DNA from: Paragordius varius
Lineage: Eukaryota; Animalia; Nematomorpha
Assembly (NCBI GenBank): GCA_964247055.1
Contig: OZ176060.1
Location: forward strand, 186,001-250,000
Length of the DNA stretch: 64,000 bases
Direction: 5' to 3'
In this document: piece after piece, positions 11,216 to 25,232 of the stretch
How positions within the stretch are numbered: the stretch's first letter is position 1
How the letters are laid out: each line of letters opens with the position of its first letter
Made by a program: the position numbers and the translations under genes
The notes under the pieces: model-generated
What the model was told of the DNA's origin: nothing
Databases searched by the model: none
The model's input: only the letters and a program-made list of their open reading frames with translations

Positions 11216-12353
11216 ATGCCATCTGTAATTGATAATGAAAAATTAACAACAAAATATCCGAACATTTTTCTAGCAATACATGAGAAGAATTTCGTACATG
11301 TCAGTGATTTGTATGGAAATATTTCTAAAAGCTTTGATATAAACTGCCATTTTGATAAATTTGTCCAAGATGGGCCATTTTTATGTAAAACATTAATACA
11401 TTGTAGATTATGGTCATTCACTAATAGAGCATCTATTTAATTTTATTGATGGAAGTGTAATTGAGTTAAGAAAAGACTCACTTGGATACCTATTAGACGC
11501 ATTTTTTTTCAAGAATAAACATTATCATCTTTCTATATTCCATTCTTCAGATCCTAGAAGGCACTTTATTGCTTATTATTGTTGTGGAACTAAAATATTG
11601 GTGTATTTTTATTATATTATAGGACTTTCCCGCACAAGATGGTGTGATTTGCCGATGGGATCCGGATTATATCTTTATAAGAGGCAAAGAAAATGATGAG
11701 ATTTATTGTTTAACTGATAAAAAAACAATTTCATTAGAAAGCAAAAGTCAAAAACTAATAAGTGGCTACAGTCATCTTTTTTGCTCAATATCAGATAATG
11801 AATCGGTTATCACAAATTTTACCAAATATAAACAAACAAGTCAAAAAACTAGTTTTCCCAATGATCAATGTCAGTTTTCGAAACACAATGATCATCTATT
11901 GTTGAAATATGAAGGAAATGTCTTTTCAATATATGATGCTTTAGAAGATAGGTGGTTTTTAAAATATAATTTGTTTTCTTTTAAAGTAAAATCTAGATGG
12001 AACTACATCATTTTTATGTAATTCATTATTTAAACATATATTTGATAGACAATCACATATAATATATCTTTATTTGCAATAGCATAAAAACGTACACTCT
12101 TGAAAAGGGATATTTTGATGGCATGTTTCTCCCCTACTCTCAAAATGTGGCATTTCTTTATTTTAATCCTAACTCGTTAGCTCCTTATCAATTCCAAACA
12201 TTAGTTTTTGATTTGAATCAAAAAGGAGAACTTATGCCTGAGAAAATAACTTTGCCTGTCATTAAGCCAAACGGACAAAATATGATAAACGCAAAGTATA
12301 TTTTGATGGAAAAATCGAAAGAAAGAAAATCATTTAACGAAGGAGATCTTTAA
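11216..12353 (+). CDS. Orphan four-exon gene, 342 aa (exons 11216-11384, 11407-11600, 11623-12017, 12083-12353); function unknown
   Basis: Removing GT-AG introns 11385-11406 (22 nt), 11601-11622 (22 nt) and 12018-12082 (65 nt) joins the three ORF-track pieces and the intervening sequence into one stop-free frame of 1029 nt, from aaaATG to TAA. Confidence 0.75.
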
Positions 12354-12428
12354 TCTTAATGTAACGATAGCATTCAAACATTCACCAAAAATAAAATATA
12401 ACAATAAATAATCATTATTAACCTTTTA

Positions 12429-12695
12429 CAGAAAAAATGAAATTTATACGGCTAAAACTTAAAAATCAAATATTTTTTCCAAAAAACAACTATGCTTTTT
12501 AAATCCTCAATTTTTGAAATCAAAATGATTGTTTTAGACAGCAAAATGTCATGAAAATCTTAACACAATTGATTGTGTTTATTACGATTGTGTTTAAATT
12601 TTTATAGAATAAATTAAAGGAAAAAATATGGTTTTTTATAAAAAAAATTGTTTTTAAATATATACGTTTTGTCCATATAATTTCAAGGTTTATTG
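12429..12695. mobile_element. pogo/Tc1-like MITE
   Basis: Left tacagaaaaaatgaaatttatacggctaaaac and right acgttttgtccatataatttcaaggtttattgta are inverted, about 270 bp apart. Confidence 0.55.
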
Positions 12696-14129
12696 TATTT
12701 TATGGGATTAGCTTATTTGCACACATTTTTATTGCGGTATAGCTCAATATTACTAGTCAATTTTTAGTAAAGCCGAAGTTAAATGCAATCCTAAGGTCGA
12801 AATTTAAGGCTTTAATGGTGTTTATGTATAAATCTGGCATTTTTTAAGACAATTTTAATAAAGTTAATTTATGTTATTTTACGGGGAATTGTGAATTTAT
12901 CATTAGTCCATATCATGTTGTAATTTTTCCAATAAGATACATTTTTATTCGTGACATTATTTATACTTGTAGGACTAATAACTAATCGGAAAAGGGCCTG
13001 ACTAAAATTCCTTTGCACAGTGCGCATAAATATGCTGATAAATGTATATATCCGAATTTGTATTAGAATTCTTTTCCTTTTTGGTTTTGAGGCGTACGAG
13101 ATAGTTTTTACCAGTTCTATGGTAATATTTTATAAATATGGAAAATTTATTGGTGAGATACTAAATGGTATTTTACTATGATTAAAAGCAAAACAATATT
13201 CGTGTCAAATTTTTGGATTGAGCTTCAAAAGTTCCAAACATTTACCCCTCTGGAATGAGTTCGTTTTATAATATACGCAAAAATACCGAAGGGCATTAAC
13301 AATTTTTAATATATGCTAGATTTTAGCATCCTAGACCATGTTTTTACAATATGCATGCTTTTCTTTAGTGAATGTTGAAGCTTATGTATTTTGTAGCATA
13401 ATGGAAACGGTATATAACTGGAAAAATATTATAAACACACCTTTTCTATATGATTTAATGCTGCTATAATAAGGGATAAATTTAACAAACTATATAAAAT
13501 CTAGAAACCTAAATATAACCGCTAAACACAACTGAATATTTAAAATTTTAGAATTGTTGTTACAAAATATTCTATAACATGAAGGCACATAGAGTTAATT
13601 ACCTAATTAAAAATCAATTTAAAATTTATAACGTACAGAGAACAATGCTCTTTCATATACCATATTTTTCATTAAAAACCTGTTGCTCATTTCAAAATCA
13701 ATAGAGTGTAGATTGTAAAACACTCAATCATTTTCACAAATATAATCATTATTTTTTAAGGCTCTATAAAATTATTTTCTTTATTAAAATTATTTGTCTT
13801 TTACTTTTTAGTCATTAATCTTTAAATTATGTTATAAGTACCAGGTGTGTCTATAAGTACCGCTTAACTAAAGGCCTAGTAAAAAGTGCACACACCAATT
13901 TGACCTGGACTTTGTTTTTATCAAACACTTAATGACAAACAACATTTTTCGAGTAATATTGGGAACATATGAACATGCACTATTTGAAATATTACTTGAG
14001 ATATTATGTAAGAGAGTCTGCTAGATCTCACAACTGAAATCAATTGCAAGGATAATTTAACTAAATTCATCATCAATTGGCAATAGCATGGATCATATGA
14101 AAAAATCAAGTTTACGAGCAATGGGAAAG

Positions 14130-14470
14130 AAAACGTCTCACACCCATGTATGGAAACCAAGGAGGAGAAATGAGTAGTTGTTTTGGTTACAATTTAAAAA
14201 CTTTTGTTTTACCATTTTATTAGTTGGCTGGTCATCGCCTCCCTACCCAACCCTATTCTTTTAGTAATGTTGAGAATTGAAGATTATTCTCAAGAATTCT
14301 AACACTCAAAACGTTAGTTCACTTCTTCATATAGTCTTTTCCCCCAATGCTTAATGTTTCAATATAATAAGATGTTAGCATTTAGCTTTCCTTTCTTAAA
14401 GTTCCTCTACAATCTAAGAGAATATAATATTTACCCGAAAGTATAAGAGTCCTCTACCTATTCTTTCAAT
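14130..14470 (-). mobile_element. Highly decayed RTE-like RT C-terminal remnant
   Basis: Manual minus-strand translation gives ITKRIGLGREAMTSQL and LVSIHGCETF, resembling IKRRIALGRAAMTKL and LYGCETW. Confidence 0.45.
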
Positions 14471-17400
14471 TATAAATTTGTTTCAAAATACACAGAATAT
14501 AAACGTTTAAAATAATCAAAAAGAAGTTTATAATTAATAAAACTTCGATTCTATTTTTGACTTTTTTTAGGTTATAAATATTTTCCCATTAACACATTAA
14601 TTAAATAATCATAATAAACATTAATAGCAAAAATACCTAAACCTACAAAAATTATAGGTAATATTGGGTTGAGTAAAATTAGCAAAGTAAATGTATCTGC
14701 ATAATTTAGAATTCACCAGGAGAGCTTAGTTAGCTTGTTATTAGATATATTAGTCAATACAAACAGGCAAGAGAGAGCATAAGAACAAACCAAATTATGT
14801 TGACAGTCTACTATTTGTCAGAGTGTGAGACGCCTTTCGTCCTTGAACTCAGCAGTCACAAATGAACGTGGATTCTTAATAAATGGTATTCATATCTTGA
14901 GACAATTTAAAACCAAGTAGAGTGGGGGAAATGAATATTTTAAGCTTAGAGTCCATATTGGGCAACCGATTGTATAAAAATTCAGCCAGATAATCGCTCC
15001 TTATAATCCTCAAGACATTTTACCAAATCCAACATCTTAAATTTGCCTTTATATTGCGTATGGTGAAAAAGTGTTGCTTTTGACTGAAAAAGGGTATATA
15101 ATCTTTCGTGTAATCAACAATTTTTTTTACAAAAAAAACATTGATGTATCGACAAATTGTTTTCTCTCATTAATAAAAAATTAACATTAAAAATATTTGC
15201 ATTCACCACTGTATTCAAAAATAAATTATATTTTTGTTGATCAATTAATTATTTATATTTATAGAAATGATTGAACCTAGTATATATAAATATAACTTAT
15301 TTCAACTTCTAATTATCAAATAGAATACAATTATAAAAAATATTAGTTTTAAAATAAATTTATTATTTTTAAATATAGAAAAGTATTTATATTAATTTTT
15401 TATAAAATTATATAACCATAAAATAATTAAAAAATAAAAATTGAAATATAAAATGAAACGAGAGACGATTTCATTTCTTAACGGTTTTTTGATTTGTCTG
15501 ATTTTTATTTATTCGCAAAAATATTCAAATATTTTTGAAAAATGGGTACAATTAAATTTCATATTATGAAATATTTTAATAATTTTATTTTAAATTAATA
15601 TTTTTATATTAAATTTTTGATTAAAATGCATGGGAAAAGTATATGCCATCTTTTTTATGTTTAGTGTGTTATTAATATTAATCTTTTTTAACCAAATCTA
15701 ACAAAACTCTCTTTACATAGAAAAATATGTTAGAATGATGATTAACCAATAACAAAGCAGATGAATGAAAAATAAATTGTTTTCTTCTAGAACCCATTTA
15801 AAACAAATTTATGTTACTATTAATTCAAAAAATATTCTACAAAAATTAATGAATAATTGTTAAGTTTTTTTGAATCATTATTACACCATTTTCAAATATG
15901 ATAGAAATTTATAATACTTCACCATATAATTTAATTGAGAATTAAGCTAGAATTCACATTAAATAAAGTCGCAAAAAATCTAATTTTATTACATAGGCAT
16001 TAGAGCTTAATTTTTAAAAATAATGCTCCTTTTCGCTATATATATTTTATCATTTAAAGATACCCATTTTTAGACACATACGAAAAAATATTTGCTATAT
16101 ATAAACTGTTGTAATTTGTAAATATTTGGATATCAATAGCGTCATGTATTATTAAAACTTGTTTATAAATACTAGACAAAAAATTTTTCTGCCACTCGAG
16201 TTATTTGCAATTACTGATATACCATCATTTTAACAGTAAATTCCCTAACTAAAATTATGATTCCATCTAAGGAATTGAAATAATTCGTTTTTTGATTATG
16301 CGCCCTCTTTATCAATTTTTTTAAAAAATGTTTTTCTATAAAAATTTACAACAACCCATTTGTAATATATCATTCGAACTCTATACAATGCATCCTAATA
16401 TATTTTACATCGATAATATATTGGACATAGGTAGAACGCGCGAAGCGAGAGCGTTTTTCTTAAGTAATGGATGAAAATAGCTCAAACGTTGTCCAGATAT
16501 CAATGAATGTCCAAAAAAAGATAACTCAAAAAAGTTTTTTGATTTAAACACTTGATTGCTTTTATGTCATTTAAAACAGCCATTTTTTGTTTTTCTATAT
16601 TACCATCTCCATTTATTGATTTTCTTTAGGAGGCTTATAATTCCAAGACTAAAAACAAAGTGTAGGTATTTTTTTGTTAACAATTATGTAATAAATTAAC
16701 AGTTATAATTATGCATTTTAGTATCCGCTAAATTTTGATATTAATAATTTCTATTTAAAAAGCAAACCTTTCAAAGATTTTTTTAAATTTTTTTTACTGA
16801 TGTAACCCTAATAATTATATTAAAAATTGACTTTTAAATTAGTGTTTCCAAGAAAATTTTTGACTTAATTAAGGGTTAAAAAATTTTACCATATAACCCA
16901 AAAAAACTTTAACCTAGGGTTGATTTATATCACTTACTACTATTTGAGAGATACAGTTTTTCGCGCTCTTCTCAATGATATAAAATACATGGCTTGATAT
17001 CTAAAACTTTTAATTGGGAAAATTTCGAGTTTAATTTTAAATCGGGGCCAAAAATTATCGATAACTAATATAAAAAAATTTTAGCTCTTAGACCATTTTT
17101 TTCAGATATACTATTTATATATTTTTATGATATTAATTTTAAATTTACAAGAATGGCAGATAAAAAAAGATCAAATCATGCTAAATATCTTAAAAAAATA
17201 AATGAATATCATTGATAAATAATATATATAACACTCTGTGATTAAATTCGTATATTTGAAATTCATATTTAATTTTTTTGTGAATAAATTATATGTTTGT
17301 TGCAAGACTTACTTTATATAATTATATTTAACTAATCGGACAAGAATAATATTATAAACAGCCTTAATATGTGGAGCAAATAGTTTTGAAGAGAAAATTA

Positions 17401-18387
17401 ATTTTTATTAATTGGACAATTATGTTAAAACTGCTCATGAACAGAACGAATATGTGTTGTAAGTCTTTGATAAAAAATTTTTACATATCGGTCATTAATT
17501 TTTAATTTGTTAATGTAAGTATCTAATTTTTATTGCGAGATAACTTTTGTAAGACATTATCGAACAAATTTTGTAAGACCTAACTAGTTCATGAAGAGAG
17601 CCAATATATGCGGAAAAGCTGGATTTTTTAAAAAAATGTTTTTTAAAATTGTACATTTATGTTTTATTTGCTTCTGACATTGATTGTGTGTTGCAAAATT
17701 TTTACCACCGAAAATTAGGCCAGGTTACATATACATTAAATATATAAATCATATTTTATATAATTCAAAAGAAACATAATCCGACAATTAAGTTTATAAA
17801 AGTTATCGATTAAATTCGAATAAATTATATGGGTTAATAAAATTTAATAAAAAATACTAATCAAATCTTTAGTTAATTGACATTTAGCCCAATAAAAGCT
17901 AGACTAAAACGTTTTATTTCACAATATTATTTATTGACTTGTCCTTGTGAAAATATATTCTTATATGATTATTCCTAGATTTATGTCATTTTTAATCGCC
18001 AAATATACTTTTTAATTTTTAAATTTTTATGATTACATTTATAGTTTTGATTTACTACTGGTCTTTTTAAAAAAGAGTGAAACGTATAAACTGACAATTA
18101 ATTTTAAACTGAAAATTACATCGAAAAGGCGTAGCACGCCGATTAAACCGTAGAGCCTATTTGTTAAATAGATAGAAAACTTAGAGTTAGAGACTTTATT
18201 ATTGGTTACTTCACATTATTTTTACCCAAATTGCAATACAGTAAGATGTGAATAAAAAACAACAAACGGTGTGAAACATATATTTTTCCTATATCACAAC
18301 ATTAATTTTGTTTATCAATTTATGGAAAAGATTTGTTTTATATTCTACATTACTGTATTGCTAATTAGCCATCAATATAGAACTAGA

Positions 18388-18636
18388 CAGTAAAAATTGA
18401 AATTATACGGACAAAACGTGAACATATAAAGACAATTTTTTCAAAAGACAAACTATATATTTTAGAATCAAATTTATCGTATATATAATTAGAATTGTAA
18501 AATACATAATTGATTGTGTTACCAGTAAATCTAATTTACAAAACAATCAGTTTATGAAATCAAGATATAATGGTTGCCTTTAAGACAAAACATTTGGGTT
18601 TGAATTTTTACGTTTGGCCGTTATTCGATTTTTCCT
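18388..18636. mobile_element. pogo/Tc1-like MITE in the ZnF 3' flank
   Basis: cagtaaaaattgaaattatacggacaaaacgt ... acgtttggccgttattcgattttt inverted ends. Confidence 0.6.
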
Positions 18637-18795
18637 ACAAAATAAACTCCACGGTCAAATATCATTCCAAATATTTTATTAACTATGCTTTTTCAAAACG
18701 TCTTCATAAAATAATATGAATCTTAATATCTTTTATATTTAAACAAAATTATATTTAATGCTACATGAAATATTATATGATGTTGAGTAAAGTGT

Positions 18796-19598
18796 TCATT
18801 TATGTATATTTTTAATATGCCTGGCAATACTGCTTTTTTCGGTATATTCCTTTTTACAAATCGGACATTCATGTTTAATTTTCCTGTGAACAGCTTGAAT
18901 ATGTGTTCCAAGATAGCCTTTTTTAGTATATTTCTTTTTACAAATCGGACATTTATGTTTAATTTTCTCATGAATTGACTTAATGTGCCTATCAAGATTG
19001 CCTTTGTTAGAAAATATTTTCGAACAAATTTTGCACGAGTATTTAACTTTTTCATGAACAGAACGAATATGTGTGACTAAAACATGTTTATCCTTATAAA
19101 TTTTATCACATTGAATACATCGATAATTATGGGCCAATTTTGAAAAGTTTAAAGATTTAATAGATTTTGTTTTATCATCAAATAGCATGTTAATATCATT
19201 CAAGCTTACGCCATTGGAATCAATATTTGAAGATACCGAGCTTATATCTTTTACATATTTTGGTGATTTTTTCAGAGAAAGATCTAAAGGTTCTGTCTGT
19301 TCTCCTACCAAATCAATAATTAGGCTATCTTTGATGGTTTCGGTATTTTCATCATTTAAGTTATTATTTTGTTGAGTATTTTCGCTTTTATGTTCCCTTA
19401 AATGACAAAGGTTATGGAAAGAAGCGTTCAGAATTCTCCGTAAATCATCGTTTGTAAAGTCTTCGTTTTCCAATAAATCAATAAATGATGTCGGTTTATA
19501 TGGATCATCAATATACGTTTCTTGTTGATTTTTGAGTTCTACTTTATAAAGTTTAGTATCGAGATCACACCAAAGTTTGTAAGTCGAATCGCCGAAAT
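18796..19598 (-). CDS. C2H2 zinc-finger protein (4 fingers, C-x2-C-x12-H-x4-H) with PLDLS motif; terminal exon, possibly intact
   Basis: ORF 18796-19473 stays open upstream to a ctaac...tttag acceptor at 19599-19600 that is conserved in the 39.86 kb paralogue. Fingers CIQC, CKIC, CPIC, CPIC; EPLDLSLKK at 19276-19290. Confidence 0.8.
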
Positions 19599-22500
19599 CT
19601 AAACAAATTTGTTAGAAATGTAATTTGAAAAGTCAAATTATTGATGATGAAATAAGCTTTAAAAGCCCAAGTAATGACATAAAACTTATTGTACAGGTTT
19701 ATTATTGTTACTATCAATATTACAACCTTTGCAAACATTAAAACAATACAGTAATGATTAAAATTAATAAAATGTACAATAAGGATTAATATTTTTTATA
19801 AAAGAAAATCATACTTATCAAAAGTAAAATTTTTCTACATAAACTATTATATTACATATGATATCTAAAATTGATTAGATTAACATTTATATCTTTATGG
19901 CCTGTATTGCAACTTAAAATGATGAGTGTTAAATATAAAAATGTAAAGTGTGGATGTCGGAAAAAAATATTTTACTGGAATTAGATTTAGTCTTAAATTT
20001 CTAAATATAAAAATTATCAAATATTAATGTAAGGTTACATAAAGTCGTGTATTGGTAAAATATTTTAATTGAAACAAATGACACTAAAAAAAACTATTAT
20101 AAGGAGAGATTAATTGAGATTTTGAAATCAAAAAATTAATTTGTTATATATGTATAATTTAGATAAAATCATATAATCGATTACTACAAGTAATCTTTGT
20201 CAAACGTAAAAAAAATTAATATATATGCTAAAATATAAATTAATTATTTTTCTAAAAAATGCAAACCAAATTAAACAAAATTATATTTATTATAATATTT
20301 ATTAATTGATTCAATTTATAAAATATTAGCAGTTATTTGTCTAATGAAACGTTATGAAATTTAATTATAGGTGATATTGTTACATTAAAATGGATTATTT
20401 TATTTTTACGAATTAAATATATATTTAAAAGTCAAAAAAAAATTATTTTTTGAATATTAATAACAATAATCATCAAAATTAAAAATTATTTCAATTATAA
20501 AATAAATATATAATCTAAAAAATAATATTAAAATATTATCTAATTTTTTATTTATAAACATATATAAACTATAAGAATAATTTTAAAAACAAGATAATTA
20601 ATGTTAATTAAAATAAAAAAAATATTCCATTAATTAAACAATTTACTTTAATTATCTACAAATTTAATAAAGTTATAAATAATATTAATTATAAAAATCA
20701 ATTTGATATATAAATAAATTAAAATAAAATAATTAATATAAAAATTAGAAAAATATAAAAAAATATACCCATATTCCAAATAATTTGAATATTTTATCGA
20801 ATAATAAAAAGCAGACAATTAAAAAAACCGTTAAAAATTAAATCGTCTGTCGTTTCATTTTATATTTAAATCAAAATTTTTTAAATTATTATATAGTTTA
20901 AAAATATTATATTTTTAATTAATTTAAATTATATATTAAATTTTTTACATATTATTTAATTCGGAATGATTTTGCTAAATAATCAATTATTTCTTTAATT
21001 GTAAATTATTTATTGACGTAAATATTTTTTCATAAATAATTAATTAATTAAAAGTATTTATTAAAATATTTACTATTTTTAATTTATTGGAATCGCAAAA
21101 TAAGTTATGAATATTATAATTTAATGAGAACTGCCCTTTTTTTAAAATTTTTTTATTCAAATGATTATAAAAGCCAAAGAATTTAGGCTGAATCAATTGA
21201 TTATATATATTTATATTAAATATAATAAAATTATATTTGGAAATATTTCTTAAAAAATAAGTGATCTTTTAACAAGTACTGTGAGTATATGACTATACAA
21301 ATTTAATATTTTCATAAAAACCTAAACAATATATCTTTTTAATACAGTAAAAATTATGATTCTACAACCAAAACTTTAGAGAGAAAATTAATAATGATTT
21401 TTAAGCATAAAAATGTGCTTTAAGATATGATAAATTATATTCGGTAAAACATTTTTATAACCTTAGAATGTTGATTAAAAAGTTAGGTTGTTTTTCAATT
21501 TGGTTTAGTTGTAAGTACAATTATAACTAACTTGAATTAAAGGCGATTAAAACAATCAGAGGGATATTTTTTGGCTTCATTAAATTTCAAAAAGTGTTTT
21601 TCATCATGCTCAAAATAGAATATAGAGTAAGCTTCAAATAACTTTTGATAAAAATTTCGTTAAAAATTAGATTTTTGATATTTAAAAAAATATTTTTAAA
21701 TGCTATAATCAGCACAGAGATGTTAACAAATAACCCTCCGGGCCTTTATGACTTAAAGTATTCAGCCGGCTGCATTAGAAATTATATGAGTGTTTAGAAA
21801 TATTTTTTTGGTTTTCAAACATAAGGCTCTGAAATGCAAGGACAATATAATAATTTTTCTTGTTCTTTACCAATAGGATAGACTTATTCAATTTTTTACT
21901 GTAATCATTTGCATGTAAGTTGGACAAACCTAATCTCTTATATATTAATTATTTTTGCGAAATCTTGGTGGGCGAACATGTAGATTTAAAGAAAATATAT
22001 AAAACATTCTTAAAGTGCATATAGATATTTAAATTTAGTTGTGGCAATTTAAAACGGGTTTAGTGAAATATTCTGTATAGACAAAAATCTATATTTTCTT
22101 ATTTATGAGAAAAACTAAGAGTCAGCACGAACAGAATTTAAAACATATGAGGTATAAGCTTATCGGTTAAAGTGTTATATTACACATTTATTAAACTAAT
22201 AATAATAATAATAATTCATACAAGTTAAATAAAATTGTCATTAACCCTCTATAGTACACCTAATAAATTTATAATATGTAAATCTTATATATGCCATCTA
22301 ATTAATATATTAAGTTTAGAAAGATAATTTTAAAGCTGAATAAAACGAATATATTCAATGATTTTTTTTATTAATTTAATATTATTTAAAATAATTTTTA
22401 TCGTCGCTTATAATAAATATAAAAGTAATAAAAGTCTTTAAGTCAACATAAATTGAAATTTTGATTGGTTTTATTAAAAACAGAGGCGAGTTTTAGTTGT

Positions 22501-23518
22501 GTAATTTCCTAGTTCGTTTCTAAAAATTTGAATCAGTTTAAAGATAATTAAATATTTAAAAGATATTTATATTTAGCCAAAAATTTATGTTTCGGGGTGA
22601 TCTAAGTAGACATATCGCTAATAGTTTTGAAGTATATATATATTAGATAAATATCTTATGGTTATTAACTACTTAAAAGTTAGAAAAGGTACTAATTTAT
22701 ACCTTGCAAAGAATAAATATTTATAAAAATACAGTAAGTTTCTTTTTAGATCAAATACATCTGCTATATGTGACTTCTAAAATAAAATATGCCATCTGTT
22801 CCTGAATTTATAAGGTAAATTAACGCCTCTACTATTGTTAATAATTTTATACCATGCTTCATTTTGGATATCATAAAAATTTTGTTTGTTACTTGAGAAA
22901 TATTTTTCCGAATATTTCGTGTTTTAATTATATTCGATTATAATGGAGAAATAATAATTTACTATTACTTGATTTTTTTTATTTATGGAAAATAAAAATG
23001 GAAATTTTATTAAAAAAGTCCACACAGGATTTGAAATCAACAAAAACTTCTTGATAATTAATTTATCAGGATAACATAACCTATAAATTAGAAAATATAA
23101 AGCAAATAAAATATTTTTCCAATATAAGCATAAATGATATTAAAAATAGGTTTTGCTAATTTTAAAAAATAGCCAAAAAATACATTCCATGATAAGTCTT
23201 GGCTTTTATTTATTTAATAATTATAAGCTTCGTATAAAAGCAAAAGGCATCATAAATCGTTGTAAAAAATGAATTGATTTAAAATTATATAATTATTTTG
23301 TTGATTATTTAAGCAAAAATTGAATTCGGGAAAAAACAAGTGTACAAAAAGCAAACGTTAGAACCCAATTATATGAAACAATTTATACCATATTAAAATT
23401 TAAATAATCTCTATTAATATTTAAATTATATTTTGCACTTAACAATAAATACCATAGAAGTTGCTAATCAATTAATGTTTATATAATTATTACTTGCATT
23501 AAATAAGCCATCTATTTA

Positions 23519-23727
23519 CAGTAAATACGGAAAAACGCTAAAATTAGAGATATATATATATTTTTTTAAAAACAATCATACTTTTATTATTCGAGTTTTT
23601 TCCATAAACTATTTTATTACAATGGTAAAATTAATAATTGATATCCAATATACACCTCTTTTAATACTTTTCAATCTAAATAATTGTTTAATATTTTTAT
23701 GTTTTGTCCGTATAATTACATTTATTA

Positions 23728-23730
<3 letters not shown>
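23519..23730. mobile_element. pogo/Tc1-like MITE
   Basis: tacagtaaatacggaaaaacg ... gttttgtccgtataatt inverted ends; paralogue at 44539-44751. Confidence 0.55.

Positions 23731-23733
<3 letters not shown>

Positions 23734-23769
<36 letters not shown>
23734..23769. repeat. (TA)n microsatellite
   Basis: About 18 TA units directly visible. Confidence 0.95.
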
Positions 23770-23772
<3 letters not shown>

Positions 23773-24483
23773 AAAATTAAACGATTTTAATGAATCTTAA
23801 AATTGGATATCCACAAAATTAATCATAAAGAGATTTAAATTTTAAGATAATAAAAATATTTTATATACGAGTTTAATAGGTCCAATATATGTTAATAAAA
23901 AAGTTTTTAAATATTAAAATTTTACTGACAAAACCAACATTTAAAGACAACATATAAAAAATATCCTATTTTTAAAATCTATCCTGCATATTTCTAATTG
24001 CAAATATATGATTGATTAAATACCAAATCACATCTATATATCATATTTTGCCATTTAAAACATTAAGAATAGAAATAATCATATTTGTAAAAGTACAGCG
24101 GTCTTTTGGAAAACTATTTTTTTACGTTTTGCCCGTATAAATTAAATTTTATATGAATAGTATTGTAGGATAAATTATATCTGGATATATGTCATTTTTA
24201 GTTTATATTTCTTGTTTAGTTCAGTATTATTATTGATAAATTTATGCTACTTTTTTATTGTTGGTCATTTTTTTTACACATTTTGTGTTGTAATGCGTAT
24301 GTTTATCCTTATAAAAAAACAACCTTTTTCGCCAAATTTACATTATTTTTTATCTTACAATTTCTATGTAAATATTTTATAGTTTTAGTTTCTTAGTGCT
24401 TTACGGTTATTAAAATTCGAGTTAAACCAAATCGGAAGGTTTAAGCTGATAGTTACAATAAAAAAGCGTGGCATGCCGATTAA

Positions 24484-25232
24484 TAGATCTTTCGCTGAAA
24501 AAATCACCAAAATCTATAAAAGATATTAACTCGGTATAAATGTTGATTCCAATGATATAAGCATGAATGATATTAATAAGCTATTTGATGATAACAATAA
24601 TAATGCAAAACCTTTTAAATCTTTTAAACTCTTCAAAATTGGATAATATTTATTGATGTATACAATGTGATAAGATATATATGTATAAAAGAGGCTTGTC
24701 CAAACATATTCGCTCCGTTCATGAACAAGTTAAATATCCGTGCAAAATTTGTTCAAAGTTGTTTTCTCAAAAAAGCCATATTGCTAGGCACATTAAATCG
24801 ATTCATGATAAAATTAAGCATGAATGTCCGATTTGTAAAAAAGAATTTACTCAAAAAGACAATCTTGCAACACATATCCATGCTGTTTATGAGCTAATTA
24901 AACATAAATGTCCGATTTGCAAAAAGGAATTTACTCAAAAATATCATGTTGCAAGACACATTCAATCTGTTCATGAACATGTTAAGTATCCTTGTCCGAT
25001 TTGTAATAAAGATTATTCTCGAAAAGGCTATCTCACCAAACATATTCAATCTGTTCATGTAAAAACTAAACATGATTATCCCATATGTAAATCCGAATTT
25101 TCTAATAAAACCAATCTTGCATCGAACATTCAATCTGTTCACGAGAAAATTTAACATCAATGCAAGATATGTGAAAAGGAATATACCGAAAAATACAATC
25201 TTACTAAGCATATTAAAAATGTACATAGTTGA
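24484..25232 (+). pseudogene. C2H2 zinc-finger pseudogene (7 fingers)
   Basis: DLSLKKS remnant at 24484, TGA immediately before the first finger, ORF 24681-25154 with five more fingers (one C>Y), then a frameshifted last finger ending at TGA 25230-25232. Confidence 0.8.

Larger units (their letters stand above)
18040..24490 (+). repeat. Segmental duplication, direct paralogue of ~38400-45480 (parts also at ~60430-62250 and inverted at ~24480-25800)
   Basis: Colinear blocks include the ZnF gene and flanks, 19790-21450 vs 40400-42000, 21800-22260 vs 42180-42670, and 23330-24200 vs 44350-45130. Confidence 0.8.

Noticed and set aside
18723-19055. Repetitive ORFs such as MKKLNTRAKFVRK... (also 24667-24897, 24894-25226, 25072-25257, 61626-61921)
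   Set aside because: They are alternate-frame or antisense shadows of the 84-bp zinc-finger repeats, not separate genes.
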